Below are positions 38,080 through 51,902 of a DNA stretch of 64,000 bases, piece by piece. The notes under the pieces were generated by a model. That model ran no database searches. It was not told the DNA's origin and worked only from the letters and a program-made list of their open reading frames with translations. The stretch covers positions 2,356,001 to 2,420,000 of the forward strand of contig CM035360.1 in the NCBI GenBank assembly GCA_020137815.1. Reading direction: 5' to 3'. Origin of the DNA: Hormiphora californensis (taxonomy: Eukaryota > Animalia > Ctenophora). Positions within the stretch are counted from its first letter, which is position 1, and each line of letters begins with the position of its first letter. Made by a program: the position numbers and the translations under genes.

Positions 38080-41000
38080 ATGGGGTTTAAATTCGCGATT
38101 GACCGAGGCGGCACCTTCACGGATGTCTACGTAGAAAATCCTGATGGGTCTCAACTTGTCTACAAGCTCCTATCCGAGGATTACCATTATAAAGATGCCC
38201 CGAGTGAGGCGATACGCCGTCTTATTTCCAAGGTGTGATGAAGCAGAGAACACTTCCACATTTCAAAGTTGATTCATGGTTTGTGTTTAATTAAATCTGA
38301 CGCTAATGAAAAGAAAAGCGGTCTCTAACCGAAGGATAGTTTTCAGGAAAAGAAATGGGCTACCCGATTGAGACATCACAGATTGATTGGATAAGGATGG
38401 GTACTACTGTGGCGACCAATGCGTTATTGGAACGAAAGGGAGAACCAATGGCATTTTGTGTAACAAAGGGATTTAAAGATCTACTACACATCGGAAACCA
38501 AGCTCGACCATCTATATTCGATCTTGTACGTTACCTAACTAGTTGTGTGGCTCACATCGCATTCTACTCAGGGAGAGTTCGGTAGATCAGCTTAGGGCCT
38601 TTCCATGCACATCTGCAATTGCACTTTTGTTTCGTCTGGAAAGACTAACCAGTAACCAACTTCACTACCATTACATCCTACCACTCCCTCCTAGTCGTGT
38701 GAGTGCCCGGAGGTACTATATAAAAGCGTCCTGGAGATCGATGAAAGAGTAGTACCGGTACAGGATAACTGTCAACTATACCCTGAATCACATAAAAAAG
38801 TAAGTAAAATCGGGTCCTCCTGTCTCTGAAATTGATACAGAGCAGGCATCCAATATGATACCTGTTCTAGTTTAGATAATTAACCCACGGCGTGTTCTAA
38901 TCCACACATTTAACTATAGGTGGTGATTGAACGGAGAGTAAACCGAGAGCAGGTGCGGAAGGATTTACAAGAGTTAAAGAGCACTGGAATCAACAGTATT
39001 GCTATTGCACTACTTCACTCTTATTGGTAAGAATTAACACACAAAAGTAAATAAATAACAGGATTGTGATTGACGTTAACATCACCCGGTATGATATATC
39101 ATTACATTGACATTCCCCATTGTTCAGTTTCGCATCACATGAGTTAGAAGTCGCTGAGATAGCGAAGGAATTGGGATTCAAGAACATTTCAATGTCTCAC
39201 AAAGTTATGGAGATGGTTAAGATCGTACCCCGGGGACATACAGGTAACACTGACGTGAGAGAGGAGAGAGATATCACATATAGTACCTTCCTAACTGCTA
39301 ACAGACGTGGTTTTTTACCTTGGTCGACCATATCTCTTCGCTCTTACATTTACAAATGTAAAGGAGGGTGAGAGAGGGTTTAGCCAACTGAACTAATAAC
39401 TGAAATCCTCCCACCGAGAGTGCTCAACTGGTTACCTAACCCAACCCAACCCAAGACCCAACTGTACTAATAACTGAAATCCTCCTTCTAGCGTGTGCTG
39501 ATGCCTATCTAACTCCACATATTCAAGTTTATCTGGAGGGCTTCATGAGCAACTTTAAAGATAACTTGAAGGTACATTTAGCAATTAATTAATTAAGTAT
39601 AACTAACCGGTTAGTTAACGGCCGTTAATATATTTTGTTAATATATTTTGTTAATATATTTTGTCTCCCAATACTAGCGTCTTCCTGTTTTGAGCGTATG
39701 CAGCAACCCCTATAACTCTCCCCTATTACTCACCCTTTAATTCCACCCAGCATTATTCCCTTCTCTAAGTAAACAAGTCTCCCTCTTCCCGACAACCCTT
39801 TCCTACACAGAACGTTCCATTGATGTTCATGAAATCTGATGGTGGTTTGACACGTGCATCATCTTTTACCGGTAGCCACGCTATACTCTCAGGACCAGCG
39901 GGAGGGGTGGTAGGATACGCCCAGACCTCCCCCTCCGGGGCACCCCTTGTTGGGTTCGATATGGGAGGTATTTTATTTCACCCACATGACAACCACTATA
40001 TATCGGTGTTCATCTTGTTAATCAGTTGATGTTTGTGGAGAATGAGCATGATTTATTGAATAATTACGATAGGCTAGACACATGTCCCTCTCCCTATGAA
40101 CAGGTACCTCAACAGACGTATCCAGATATGCGGGTACCTACGAACACGTCTTCGAGACCACCACTGCAGGAGTCAGTATCCAGGCTCCTCAACTTGACAT
40201 CAACACTGTAGCAGCAGGAGGTGGATCATGCCTCATATTCCGTGCTGGACTCTTTGTGGTGGGTCCTGAGAGTGCCGGGGCCAACCCTGGACCAACATGT
40301 TATAACAAGGGAGGTCCACTAACTGTAACAGATGCAAACCTCATCCTGGGGAGACTCAGGCCGGAGCATTTTCCAAAGATATTTGGACCGAACGAGGATG
40401 AGCCCCTGAATTTAGCGGCTACTGTTGGGAAGTTTGAGGTCCTGACACGGGAGGTGAATGAGTTCCTGGGAAGGGAGATGAGTGTGAGTGAGGTGGCGTT
40501 AGGATTCATTGATGTCGCTAATGAGAGTATGTCTCGACCAATCAGGGCCCTTACCCAGGCTAAAGGTGAGTGATTATAGAACAAACAAACAAACAAACAT
40601 GTATACAATTGCCACTCTTGTTTTCTGAAAGTCTAAACTCTAAATATGCTAAAATTTCTCATGATCTCCTTTCTTTTCTTTCAACATACTTTTCTTTAAA
40701 CATCTCCCGGCAGGTGCACAGTTGCTCGACAGTCTATTTCTGGCTGCTATTTCTGGCTGCTATTTCTGGCTGCAAGTACCCAGAAATAGGGTCTAGCAGC
40801 CAGAAATAGATTTTCTCTCACGTGATCTCTCTATCTCTATATGGGATACGAGAGATAGAGAGATCACTAAATCTATTTCTGGCTGCTTGCAGCCAGAAAT
40901 AGGTCTAGCAGCCAGAAATAGCAGCCAGAAATAGCAGCCAGAAATAGACTGTCGAGCAACTGTGCACCTGCCCATCTCCCTTCCATAGGTCACGATACAT

Positions 41001-44000
41001 CTCTCCATGCGCTTGCGTGTTTTGGGGGTGCAGGTGGACAGCACGCGTGCAGTATTGCCCGATCCCTGGGAATGAGAAGGGTGTTTGTGCACAAGTATAG
41101 TAGTGTCCTGTCAGCATATGGGATTGCACTGGCGGATGTAGTACATGATACTCAGCGGCACTGTGGGGTTAGTATAACCACACTTTAACTATAATACATT
41201 GTAACAATACTGTAACTACATTGAAACGATACTTAATCAAATTATTATAACGCGTCAATGACCAATTTAAGTTAACAAAACTATTTATTTAACGAGAAGT
41301 GTACACGATGTTACAGTCCTAGTGCCTGACAACCTATCTACAGTTATTACACTATTTACACATGTTACAGTTGAAGTTCAAGAAGGAGAATTATGTTAGC
41401 CTGGATGATTTAGCGGACGCACTAAAGGAAGAGTGTCGGATAAAGCTTGCTGAACAAGGTTTCAACCAGGCAGTTCTCTCTGTTTATCTGCATCTCAGGT
41501 AGCTAGTAAAATCTTCTACTGATCTGTACCAAAGTGATTCAAAGTGAGACCTTATCAAATAATTCAAAATCACTCATCACCCCCTGAACTTTCATGATGC
41601 CCCACCCTCTCATCTCACTAAACGCACTCCCCCTCTAGATACGAGGGAACTGACTGTGCTCTCATGTGTAAAGGAACTGGAGATGGGTGGTGCGATAAAG
41701 GCGACTATTTAGCATCATTTGAGGACCGGTATCAAACTGAGTTTGGATTTGTTCTTCAGGGAAGGGAGGTTATTGTGGATGATGTCCGGGTTCGAGGTAA
41801 TTAATTAGATAATTAACTTATTAACCAATCAACTGATTAACTAATTAACTTGTCAACTAATAAGCTGTTCTCTTTCCAGCTCCCATATAGGTTTTGTCCT
41901 TTTCCATTTTTCAGGTATCGGTAAAAGTGAGGTAACGCTGAACACAAAACCTTCCAATTCTTCAAACCACTCTGCCCCTGACATCACTACAGTCAAGGTT
42001 CACTTCAAGGCGGGTCACCTAGCAACGACACTCGCTAACCTAGCAACGGTTGCCCCTGGTTACACCGTCACCGGTCCGGCCCTCCTCCTTGACACAAACA
42101 GCACAGTGCTGGTCGAACCGGGCTGTACGGCTCTTGTAACACCCCAGGGGGATATCCAGATAGATATTGCACGTGCACAGTCACGTGATCAAGATACCAG
42201 TCTTGACCCGGTCCAGTTGTCCATCTTCTCCCACCGGTTCATGAGTACTGCGGAGCAGATGGGGAGGGTACTACAGAGGACCTCTATATCTGTTAATATT
42301 AAGGAGAGGCTGGACTTTAGCTGTGCAATGTTCGATGCTAGTGGAGGGTAAGTTGTCAGGCACTGACTGTAACATCGCACAAACTGCTTGATTTACTCCA
42401 GGAAACGACCGAACCTGGTTTTTTTCCACCGAACCGAACCGAACCGAATTTGAAAAACTTTTTTACCGAACCGAACCGAACCGAATTTCGGTAACCGAAC
42501 CGAACCGAACCATACAAAACTTTTTCTGTATAAATGTTTCTTTAAAAAGTCATGGAGAGCACCGATCAAGGTATTGAGAATCATTCTCTGAAATTTGGTT
42601 AAAAAATGTTTGAAACAAGAATTATTGCATTATGTATTCATAATGCTGTGTTTCCCTGCCCTACCGTTTCACATGTCAGTGACATTGTCACTGCCAACAG
42701 GATCAAGGCTTGGTCATAATGTAATGTGAGATGCATACGATCTAGCTGTCAGTATACTTCTCACATAGCTTAGAGTTAGCTAACTCCCAATCACATGACA
42801 CTTGCTAACCAGCTTTTGACATTCTAACTTAACTACTTATCTAACATCTCACACTCGACTCGCAAGATGAAAATGTGTATGTAACACGCGAAACGCGCGG
42901 CAGAGCATTTCATGTTTTGTTGAGTGGCGCGCGCACACACGTCCATCAAACTGTGTCAATGAGGTGTTTGATGAAGGAGTAGCTCGTCACTGTGCGCGCG
43001 GCTCTAGTTGCTACACCGTTGCCCTCGCAACGAAAGTGTGACCAAAAAATGTCCCTCTACCGATTAGTTAGTATACCAAAATGTCGTTTTCGAATTCTAA
43101 CCCTGCTATGCCTTTTTACAAAGTAAAAAGGCATCCGGGTGAATGCCTTCGGCATTCACCCGGGCAGGGAAAAAATTTCAAAGTCAATTTTGTGAAAAAA
43201 TTTTCAAAGCCAATTTTATCGTAAATTTTCTATGTCAATTTTTGCGTACGAATCGTGTTTCGAATCGGCAATGCTATACGGGAATGGTATTGCTAATTAG
43301 CAGGATTAAACGAACCATGAATCGTGTCTCTCTAAATTTCCCAATTAGATTTGATGGGGGATCACGTATCAGCACAATCCATCTCGGACCCACTAATTAC
43401 CAACATCACTCCCGTTTAGCATTGTCGATTAGAAACACGATTCGTACACCATAATTTCACAAAATTTCAGGTAATGATTCTCAATACCTTGATCGATGCT
43501 CTCCATGAATTTTTAGAGAAACATTTAATTTTGTGAAAAAACTTTGTAAAATATTTCAAAGTCAATTTCGGAAAAAAAATTCTATGTCAATTTTGCCGTA
43601 CGAATCGTGTTGCGAATCGGTGATGCTATGCGGCAGTGCTCTCGCTAATTAACAGGATTTATTGAAACATGAATCGTTTCCCCTAAACTTCCTAATTAGA
43701 TTTGATGGGGGATCACGTATCAGCATAATCAATCTCGGGCCCACTAATTAGCAACATCACTCCCGCTTAGCAATACCGATTCGAAACACGATTCGTACGC
43801 AAAAATTGACATAGAAAATTTTCCATAAAATTGACTTTGAAAATTTTTACAAAGTTTTTTCACAAATTAAATGTTTCTCTAAAAATTCACGGAGAGCATC
43901 GATCAAGGTATTGAGAATCATTACCTGAAATTTTGTGAAATTTTTTTGTGAAAAATATTTTAAGTAAATTATGGTATACGAATCGTGTTTCTAATCGACA

Positions 44001-47000
44001 ATGCTAAACGGGAGTGATGTTGGTAATTAGTGGGTCCGAGATGGATTGTGCTGATACGTGATCCCCATCAAATCTAATTAGGAAATTTAGAGAGACACGA
44101 TTCATGGTTCGTTTAATCCTGCTAATTAGCAATACCATTCCCGTATAGCATTGCCGATTCGAAACACGATTCGTACGCAAAAATTGACATAGAAAATTTA
44201 CGATAAAATTGACTTCGAAAATTTTTTCACAAAATTGACTTTGAAATTTTTTCAAACATTTTTTAACAAAATTTCAGAGAATGATTCTTAACACCTTGAT
44301 CGGTGCTCTCCACGAAAGTTTCTGAATTTGTTGACCCTCTCATGAGGACACGATTCGACGGGAAGTCAGGTATCAAATCAATCCATATCGAACCCGCTAA
44401 CTAGCGAAATCATTTCCACATAGCACCACCGATTCGAAATAGGGCTAATACGGCGAAATTGACATTGAAATCCATACAATTTTCATGAAATAATTGAAAA
44501 ATTTTGCATGAAAAAGCCCGATTTCTGGGCATTTTTTGACCAAAAAATTCGGTGGTTCGGCCAAAATTTCCTACCGAACCGAACCGAACCGAACCGCCCA
44601 AAAAACACCGAATTTCCGAACCGAACCGAACCGAACCGAATATTCGGTCGCTTCCTGATTTACTCTGATATGGAATACAACTAATCTAGTTCGACCCTCT
44701 CTCGCCACAAAGAGCCTAACAGTTAACACAACCTCTAATTGATAATAGTAAAACCCCTCACAACCCTCTCTCTGCAGGTTGGTAGCGAATGCCCCACATA
44801 TCCCTGTCCATCTGGGTGCGATGCAGGAAGCAGTTCAATTCCAGCTGAACCACAGGCAGGGAGATATTAAGGAGGGGGATGTGTTGTTAACCAACCATCC
44901 TAACGCAGGGGGATCCCATCTACCTGATCTAACTGTTATAACTCCCGTGAGTGTGGGTGGGGTGGGTGTAGGGTGGGGGTGGGGAGGTAGATGGGGGTGG
45001 GGGAGGAGGGGGATCTCATCTACCTGATCTAACTGTCATAACTCCCGTGAGTGGGGTGGGGGTGGGTGTAGGGTGGGGTGGGGAGGTAGATGGGGGTGGG
45101 GGAGGAGGGGGATCTCATCTACCTGATCTAACTGTCATAACTCCCGTGAGTGGGTGTGGGGTGGGTGTAGGGTGGGGTGGGGAGGTAGATGGGGGTGGGG
45201 GAGGAGGGGGATCTCATCTACCTGATCTAACTGTCATAACTCCCGTGAGTGGGGGTGGGGTGGGTGTAGGGTGGGGTGGGGAGGTAGATGGGGGTGGGGG
45301 AGGAGGGGGATCTCATCTACCTGATCTAACTGTCATAACTCCCGTGAGTGGGGGTGGGGCGGGTGTAGGGTGGGGTGGGGAGGTAGATGGGGGTGGGGGA
45401 GGAGGGGGATCTCATCTACCTGATCTAACTGTTATAACTCCCGTGAGTGGGGGTGGGGTGGGGTGGGGGATCCCATCTACCTGATCTAACTGTCATAACT
45501 CCCGTGAGTGTACTGTAATCTCCTAAATAGCGTGAGAGAGGGGTTTGGTAGCTTAGTGGTATAGCTCCGAGTATGTCTCTCTGGAGGTCCCTGGTTCAAT
45601 TCCCGGACAAACCCAGTATTTTTCGATTTTCTTACTTATTTAATTCTTGGTCTCTTTATTCAGAGTGTGAGAGAGGGCCGAGGGGCGGATTAAAATGAGC
45701 CCGCATCTAGATATGACAAGTCCAAATATACCCATATCGTATGTAGTGCTCTTTGGGTGACATGTAACAAATGGCACCCCTTCAGACTTCACTCCGCAGT
45801 ACTACCACTATGACTACTGACACCCCTTCAGACTCCGCAGTACTACCACTATGACTACTGACATCCCTTCAGGTGTTTGATAAAGGGAGCGCTAAACCAG
45901 TATTCTATGACTACTGACACCCCTTCAGGTGTTTGACAAAGGGAGCGCTAAACCAGTGTTCTATGTTGCTTCCCGTGGTCACCACGCTGATATTGGTGGT
46001 CTTACCCCTGGGTCTATGCCACCCATGTCCCAAACACTGGAGGATGAGGGTGCTGCTTTCTACAGCTTTAAACTGGTAATAATGAGTTGTTGTTTTACAG
46101 TTTTAAATTGGTACTGAATTATTTAGTGTCTAGATTTACAGTAGTTTTACTTGACTCGCTCATATCATTCATGTAACTACATTGTATATTAATTATGTGT
46201 ATTTCCTGCACAGGTAGAAGGTGGGATATTCAACGAGAAGGGTGTTACTAAGAAGTTAATGGAACCAGGGAAGATTACTGGTAATAGTGGAACTAGGAAC
46301 CTCCCTGATAATCTCAGTGATCTTAAGGCTCAGGTAAATTGTTGTCTCACTCTGCCCTCTCCGGACCGGACCGAAGGCAGTGTGTACGACATGACTGTCA
46401 TGTAGTATGTAGTATGACAAATTGGGTCTAGAAACAGCTCGCTCCCGGATATCTCCCACTTCAATTCTTACTTAATACTCCCAACCAGGAACCGATCGAC
46501 ACAAGTAAACAACCAATCAGAACTCGTTATTTAGGTCACGTGACTAGTTATAAGCCAACCAGGGACCAGTATTTCCCGATTCGGTCGGTTCCTGCTCCTA
46601 ATCGTCTAGTGAATACATCCCCTCTCCCAGGTAGCAGCCAACCACAAGGGTATCCAGCTGATCCACGAGTTAATCCGAGAATACAGTCTCCCTGTAGTAC
46701 AGGCCTACATGGGCCATATCCAGAAAACTGCAGAACTGAGCGTCCGGGACTTAATGAAAGAGGTTGATATACAATTGTTGCACAACTTTACCAACTCCTA
46801 TAGAGCCGCTAAATCATGAATATCTTGCATGGTATACTTAGTGATCATTATATAATAGTGATCATTGAAGAAGCAACTATTGACTCATCTCCCCCTTGTG
46901 TTAGGTTTGCCAGAAGGTGGGTACTGGGTAGTGATGTTCTTCTATTCCCTTGTGTTAGGTTTGCCAGAAGGTGGGTAGTGATGTCCTGTCTGCTGAGGAT

Positions 47001-49189
47001 CAGCTTGATGATGGAAGTCCCATTTGTCTCACTGTAAAATTAGATGCTGCAACGGGAGGAGCTGTGTTCGATTTTACTGGTACCAGTCCCCAGGTGAGAA
47101 GTGTTAAATCACTTATGTTGCATGGCAATTAGATTTCCAAATCATTATCAGTTGCCCCCTGATGACCCCTCTGTGTGCACTGCACCAACTACAGAGGGGG
47201 GTGCACACTGTGCATCAGGAACCGACCGAAACAAGTAAACAGCCAATCAGAACTCGTTATTTAGGTCACGTGACTGGTTATCAGCCAATCAGGTAGCAGT
47301 ATTTCCTGATTCAGTCGGTTCCTGCTGTGCAGTGCACACTGTGCAGTGCTCTAGATTCAGCTGTACAATTAGGGACCCCCCTCTGCAGTTTGGTTACGAA
47401 ATAACCCCTTCGCGCGCTGGCAAGGGAGGGGTAACTTCGTTGCCAAATCTGCAGTACCCCGTTAAACTCCTCTCCCTCTCTCCAGGTGGTCGGTAACTTG
47501 AATGCTCCCCGTGCCATAACAATGTCTGCTATTATCTACTGTCTGCGGTGTATGGTGGGATATGATATACCGCTTAACCAGGGGTGTCTGGTTCCCATTC
47601 AAACCATAATACCTGAAGGTAGGATATGTATTTTGCTGTGTGCCCCCGGAAATTAGAAATTAATGAAGCTGCTAAATGTCTCAAGTTAGGTCCAAATCAG
47701 GGATCCCCTTTCTCTCTATAGGGTAGTGTGCCGGACACTAATCAATGTTATCTAGGTAGTGTGTTGGACCCCCAACCCTCCATCTCTACTTAATATTAGG
47801 TAGTGTGTTGGACCCTCACCCCGGAGCTGCTGTTATTGGTGGAAATGTACTGACCTCCCAACGAGTTGTTGATGTTATTTTCAAGGCATTTTCAACCTGT
47901 GCAGCGTCCCAGGTTAGTATATCATGATTCATGTTAGTGTTGTTAATATTTTGAAATACATATACCATAAATTGATGCAATTAATTACACCGACAATTTT
48001 AAACTACAGCACATCCTATTTAAATCAATTAGTAAACTGATTAGTCGCGACTATGTAATTAGTTAGCTAAATAATTAATTATAATTAATTAAACAACTAC
48101 CTAATTAATTCCTCTTCTCCAGGGTTGCATGAACAACATTACCTTTGGCTCTGAAGACGGTGGCTACTATGAAACAGTGGGAGGGGGAGCTGGTGCCGGT
48201 CCTAGTTGGGAGGGGAGATCCGGTATCCACACACACATGACAAACACCCGGATTACAGACCCTGAAATAGTAGAACTCAGGTATGGATTTATGCTTGCAG
48301 GAACCGACCGAAACAAGTAAACAACCAATCACAACTCGTTATTTAGGTCACGTGACTGGTTATCAGCCAATCAGGGACCAGTATTCCTTGATTCGGTCGG
48401 TTACTGCTTACTTGATAGTTGATGAGAATATATTGTCCAACTAAATGAAGAATTCTGTGTAGTGTTTGTTTGTTTACCAAATATCAAGTGTCCACATATT
48501 AACAGAAATATCCTCATGAGTTGGGTATCACAGCTACTATTTCCCAGGTACCCGGTCATTGTTGAGAAGTTCTCTCTGAGACCAGATAGTGGGGGAAGTG
48601 GGGCTCATCCGGGTGGAGATGGGATGGTGAGAAGGCTCAGATTTAGACGACCCCAGACTCTCTGTTGTCTAACTGAGCGACGTTCAACCGCTCCATATGG
48701 ACTAAAAGGTATTTCATCCACTATGAATAGTTTGAGTTTTAATTAGTTAGTAATTCGTTTAGTTTGCTTTAATTAGTTAATTGGTGTCTAATTACCAGTT
48801 AATTTTCGGACTAACATGATATTTATCGATAGGGGGAGGTAGTGGCAAGAAAGGAGTTAATCTGCTGGAGAGAAAGAATGGCCAGATAATCAACCTTGGA
48901 TCTAAATGTGCCATAGATGTAAACCCTGGGGTAAGAGATTTAATCCTCCCTTTCTTTTCGTTCTTTAAAACAACACAACATTAATATTTCTTTACTCATA
49001 ACTCACCCCCACTATGTAAAATATGAGTTAGAACATCTCTTGTAGGACGTGTTTGTGCTGCAAACTCCAGGAGGTGGTGGGTGGGGAGGAAAAGAGGAGA
49101 ATATTGAGGCAGCCCCATCCGCAAAGAGAAAAAGAACGGAAGCGAGGGGTAGCGTGGCTGAATATAAACGTCTCCAAGAATCCGCATAG
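38080..49189 (+). CDS. OPLAH: 5-oxoprolinase (ATP-hydrolysing), about 23 exons
   Basis: [113 protein letters not shown], ends [13 protein letters not shown]. Internal exon ends are approximate (e.g. 38080-38232, 38340-38525, 41915-42346, 44778-44946, 49046-49189). Confidence 0.96.
40709..40972. mobile_element. Merlin-like MITE in an OPLAH intron
   Basis: TIR GGCAGGTGCACAGTTGCTCGACAGTC, 8-bp TSD CATCTCCC, 13-bp repeats (TATTTCTGGCTGC)n. Confidence 0.85.
42399..44657. mobile_element. Non-autonomous hAT-like transposon with internal foldback repeats
   Basis: TIR CAGGAAACGACCGAA/TTCGGTCGCTTCCTG, perfect 8-bp TSD ATTTACTC, subterminal (CCGAA)n, long internal inverted repeats at ~43170-44310. Confidence 0.9.
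44912..45510 (+). repeat. ~99-bp G-rich tandem repeat made of an OPLAH exon end plus its donor site
   Basis: 7 copies of catctacctgatctaactgt(t/c)ataactccc|gtgagtg separated by G-runs. Confidence 0.92.
45541..45640 (+). mobile_element. tRNA-derived SINE
   Basis: GGGTTTG/CAAACCC acceptor-like stem, A box TAGCTTAGTGG, B box GGTTCAATTCC. T and anticodon stems are mispaired. Second copy with the same tail at 10713. Confidence 0.75.
46486..46594 (+). mobile_element. 109-bp hAT-like MITE
   Basis: CAGGAACCGA..TCGGTTCCTG; degenerate 8-bp TSD ctcccaac/ctcctaat. Confidence 0.85.
47216..47324 (+). mobile_element. 109-bp hAT-like MITE
   Basis: Same family; TSD ctgtgcat/ctgtgcag. Confidence 0.88.
48298..48406 (+). 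mobile_element. 109-bp hAT-like MITE
   Basis: Same family; TSD poorly conserved. Confidence 0.85.
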
Positions 49190-49915
49190 AATGTTTCAGA
49201 GACTATATAATTCGCATATATGTTTTATCTGCATAGAGTTATGTTGCAAGATTCAGGCTCCATTTTATCTTTTTCTATCATGTTTTTATTGTTTACAGTT
49301 TTCAAGCTCCCTAAATCAAATTGTTTTATTTGGAAATCGAATTATCTGGTCCCCTGAGTGACTTGGCTTTGGAAGTAAAGATTTAGCGTAGCGCGCGAGT
49401 CGATGACATGTATGGACGCGCCGAAACAGCGGGAAAGTAGGACGCGCAATTACCAAACCGCGCCGCGCGTCGGAGAATTGGTGATGAAATCGTAACCTGC
49501 AAACTGAGCTGCAAAAGAAACTGAACAGTCATTTTGGAAATTTCCTTCCCAAAAAAGTTGTGAATTTTGCTGCGCCGGCCGCCGAGTAGAAAAAACTAAT
49601 TCACCAATTAATTAATTGCATTGAATTGTTTACACACAGTATAAAAGTAAAAAACACTGCTTATGGAGGAATTGCTGAGTTTTTTACGTTTTTGTGAAAT
49701 ATGCTTGTTTTGGAAAAAAGAACAAAGTTTTGGAACCTGGTGCAACTGGCAGTGATAGTAACCATGAGCAATAAATAAATTTTGATATAGCTTAAACGCA
49801 TTTTTTCTACTCCAATCCAAAACATGTTGATATCTTTAGAATTAACCCAGAAACATAGCTCAACAAAATCCCCACGCACTGCTAGGAAGGGTGATTGGGT
49901 GTGAACTCATGAGCC

Positions 49916-50771
49916 ATGGATGATTTTGACGACGATGATTATGATGATCCAGCACTACAACACAGCGCCCTCTCCCTCACCAAACTCCTAGCCCTCGATG
50001 CAGGAGAGGATGGAGGTTTTGAGAAACTGCTGGGGAAACTCAATGACAAGGATCTTGAGGTAACACTTATTGAACTTCGGGGTCAGTGCTAATAAACACT
50101 GACCCATCTTACAAAATTGAGTGTAATAACATAGGGTTAATAGTGAGGTAACATGCATTTCTTGCATATTAGGAAGCTATATTTGGATATTGAACTGCAA
50201 AATAATTCATTGCAAGCTGTTCCTTTATTTTGCATTCTGTCACACACCTTCCCCCTCCTCCCTAGGACCTGATAGATTTAGAAGCACTTGAGCAGTTGGA
50301 AAGGGACATCAACACGCCCGAGTCGCCCCCTGAAGTACCACAACAGAAGCCCATTGTCCACCAGAAGAGGAAACTCTCCCCTGACCTGAGTGGGAAACGG
50401 CGTCCCACTGGGAAAGGAAAGCGGCCAAAGGAGGTAGTTGATGTGGTTGAGCCGGTGAAACGCGAACCGGAGAAGTTATACTGCATTTGTAGACAGCCTC
50501 AAAATAACCGGTAAATATACTTATAGCATCTAACTATGTATATCTAATGCAAGTTTGACGGAAATGTGACGTCATTGTGACGAGGTGATTCGTCAGTGTG
50601 ACATTCGGTACGATCACCCCAGTTTTACTAATTTTGAATAATGTTTCTGTTTTCTAGAACACTCCCCTTTTCTTGGAGAGCACTTATTCTGTGTTCGATC
50701 TGTATACTTGCTCTAAAATCACTCACTACTCACCTTTATTCTATCTATCTCTCTATCTCTCTATCTCCCCA

Positions 50772-50816
<45 letters not shown>

Positions 50817-51841
50817 CACTCTCGCAAGCCTCCCGCTGCATATTATGTGTTTTCCCTAAATGTTCATGTCGCGACGAAAAAACACCAAGCAACAACACTT
50901 ACACACAAGTTGCCTACTCACAACAGCTCAGGGCGTTGTGTTATGACAAAACAACAAAAAGTTTCCAAAATTGCCCAAAACAACAAAAAGTCCAAAATTC
51001 CACAACTACTGTTCCAGTGAGATTTAATCTGTTATTTTTTGATCCCCCTTATTAACCAAGTAACAGTTAATTGTTTCAGTGTCATGCTAAATATTGTGAC
51101 CCCCTCCCCCCTCTCCAGGTTTATGATATGCTGTGACACACCCCCCCCCCCCCTTGCTCGACCCTGTCTCAACGTGCCCCGGTTACAAGGAGGTTTAGAA
51201 CATAACAACTCCCTCTCATCAGATTCATGATATGCTGTGACAAGTGTGAGGAATGGTACCACGGCGAGTGTGTTGGTATCACGTTAGAAAAAGGAAGACA
51301 GATGGAGAGGGATAGTGAGGATTATACGTGTTCACGATGTGCTGCACCATCCCGACCACCCGTCCAAATACCATCCTCACTGAGAGAAAAGGTATGTATA
51401 GTCGGACCCCGTACAGGGTGTCCCATATATATTCCAACCTTCACTTAGAATATGTGGGACACCCTGTATAGTTCTTCCACTTATTATTACGAGAATAGTT
51501 TAATTTTAGAAGTTTAAATATGTTGCAAGTAGTCGAAATTGGGCACTTTTGACTTCAGAGGGTAGCACATGACAGGATGTAATTGTATTGTTCAGCATAT
51601 TATGTTGTTTTGAAACAACAATGATATATCTGGGATTAATAACTAACTAATGGTTATGCAGATGGTTAGAAATATGTAGATTATGTAAAGTTAACCACTA
51701 TAATATTCCCCGTTTTAGCGTCATGAACACCCACTGTGTGGTAAATTTAACAGTGGGAGGATGTTGTGCACACATGTGTGTTGCAACATTACCAAGTTTT
51801 CTCACACTGTGTACTTCCACACCCAATTACACAAACACACA

Positions 51842-51902
<61 letters not shown>

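Noticed and set aside
45047-45484. 145-aa Gly-rich ORF
   Set aside because: It is the translation of the 99-bp intronic donor-site repeat.
45541-45613. Functional tRNA gene
   Set aside because: The T-stem is mispaired, the anticodon arm is non-canonical, and a second copy shares the 3' tail, which fits a SINE.
49190-49915. OPLAH-DIDO1 as an operon pair
   Set aside because: The spacer contains a CpG-rich, promoter-like stretch (~49385-49590), so independent transcription is at least as likely.
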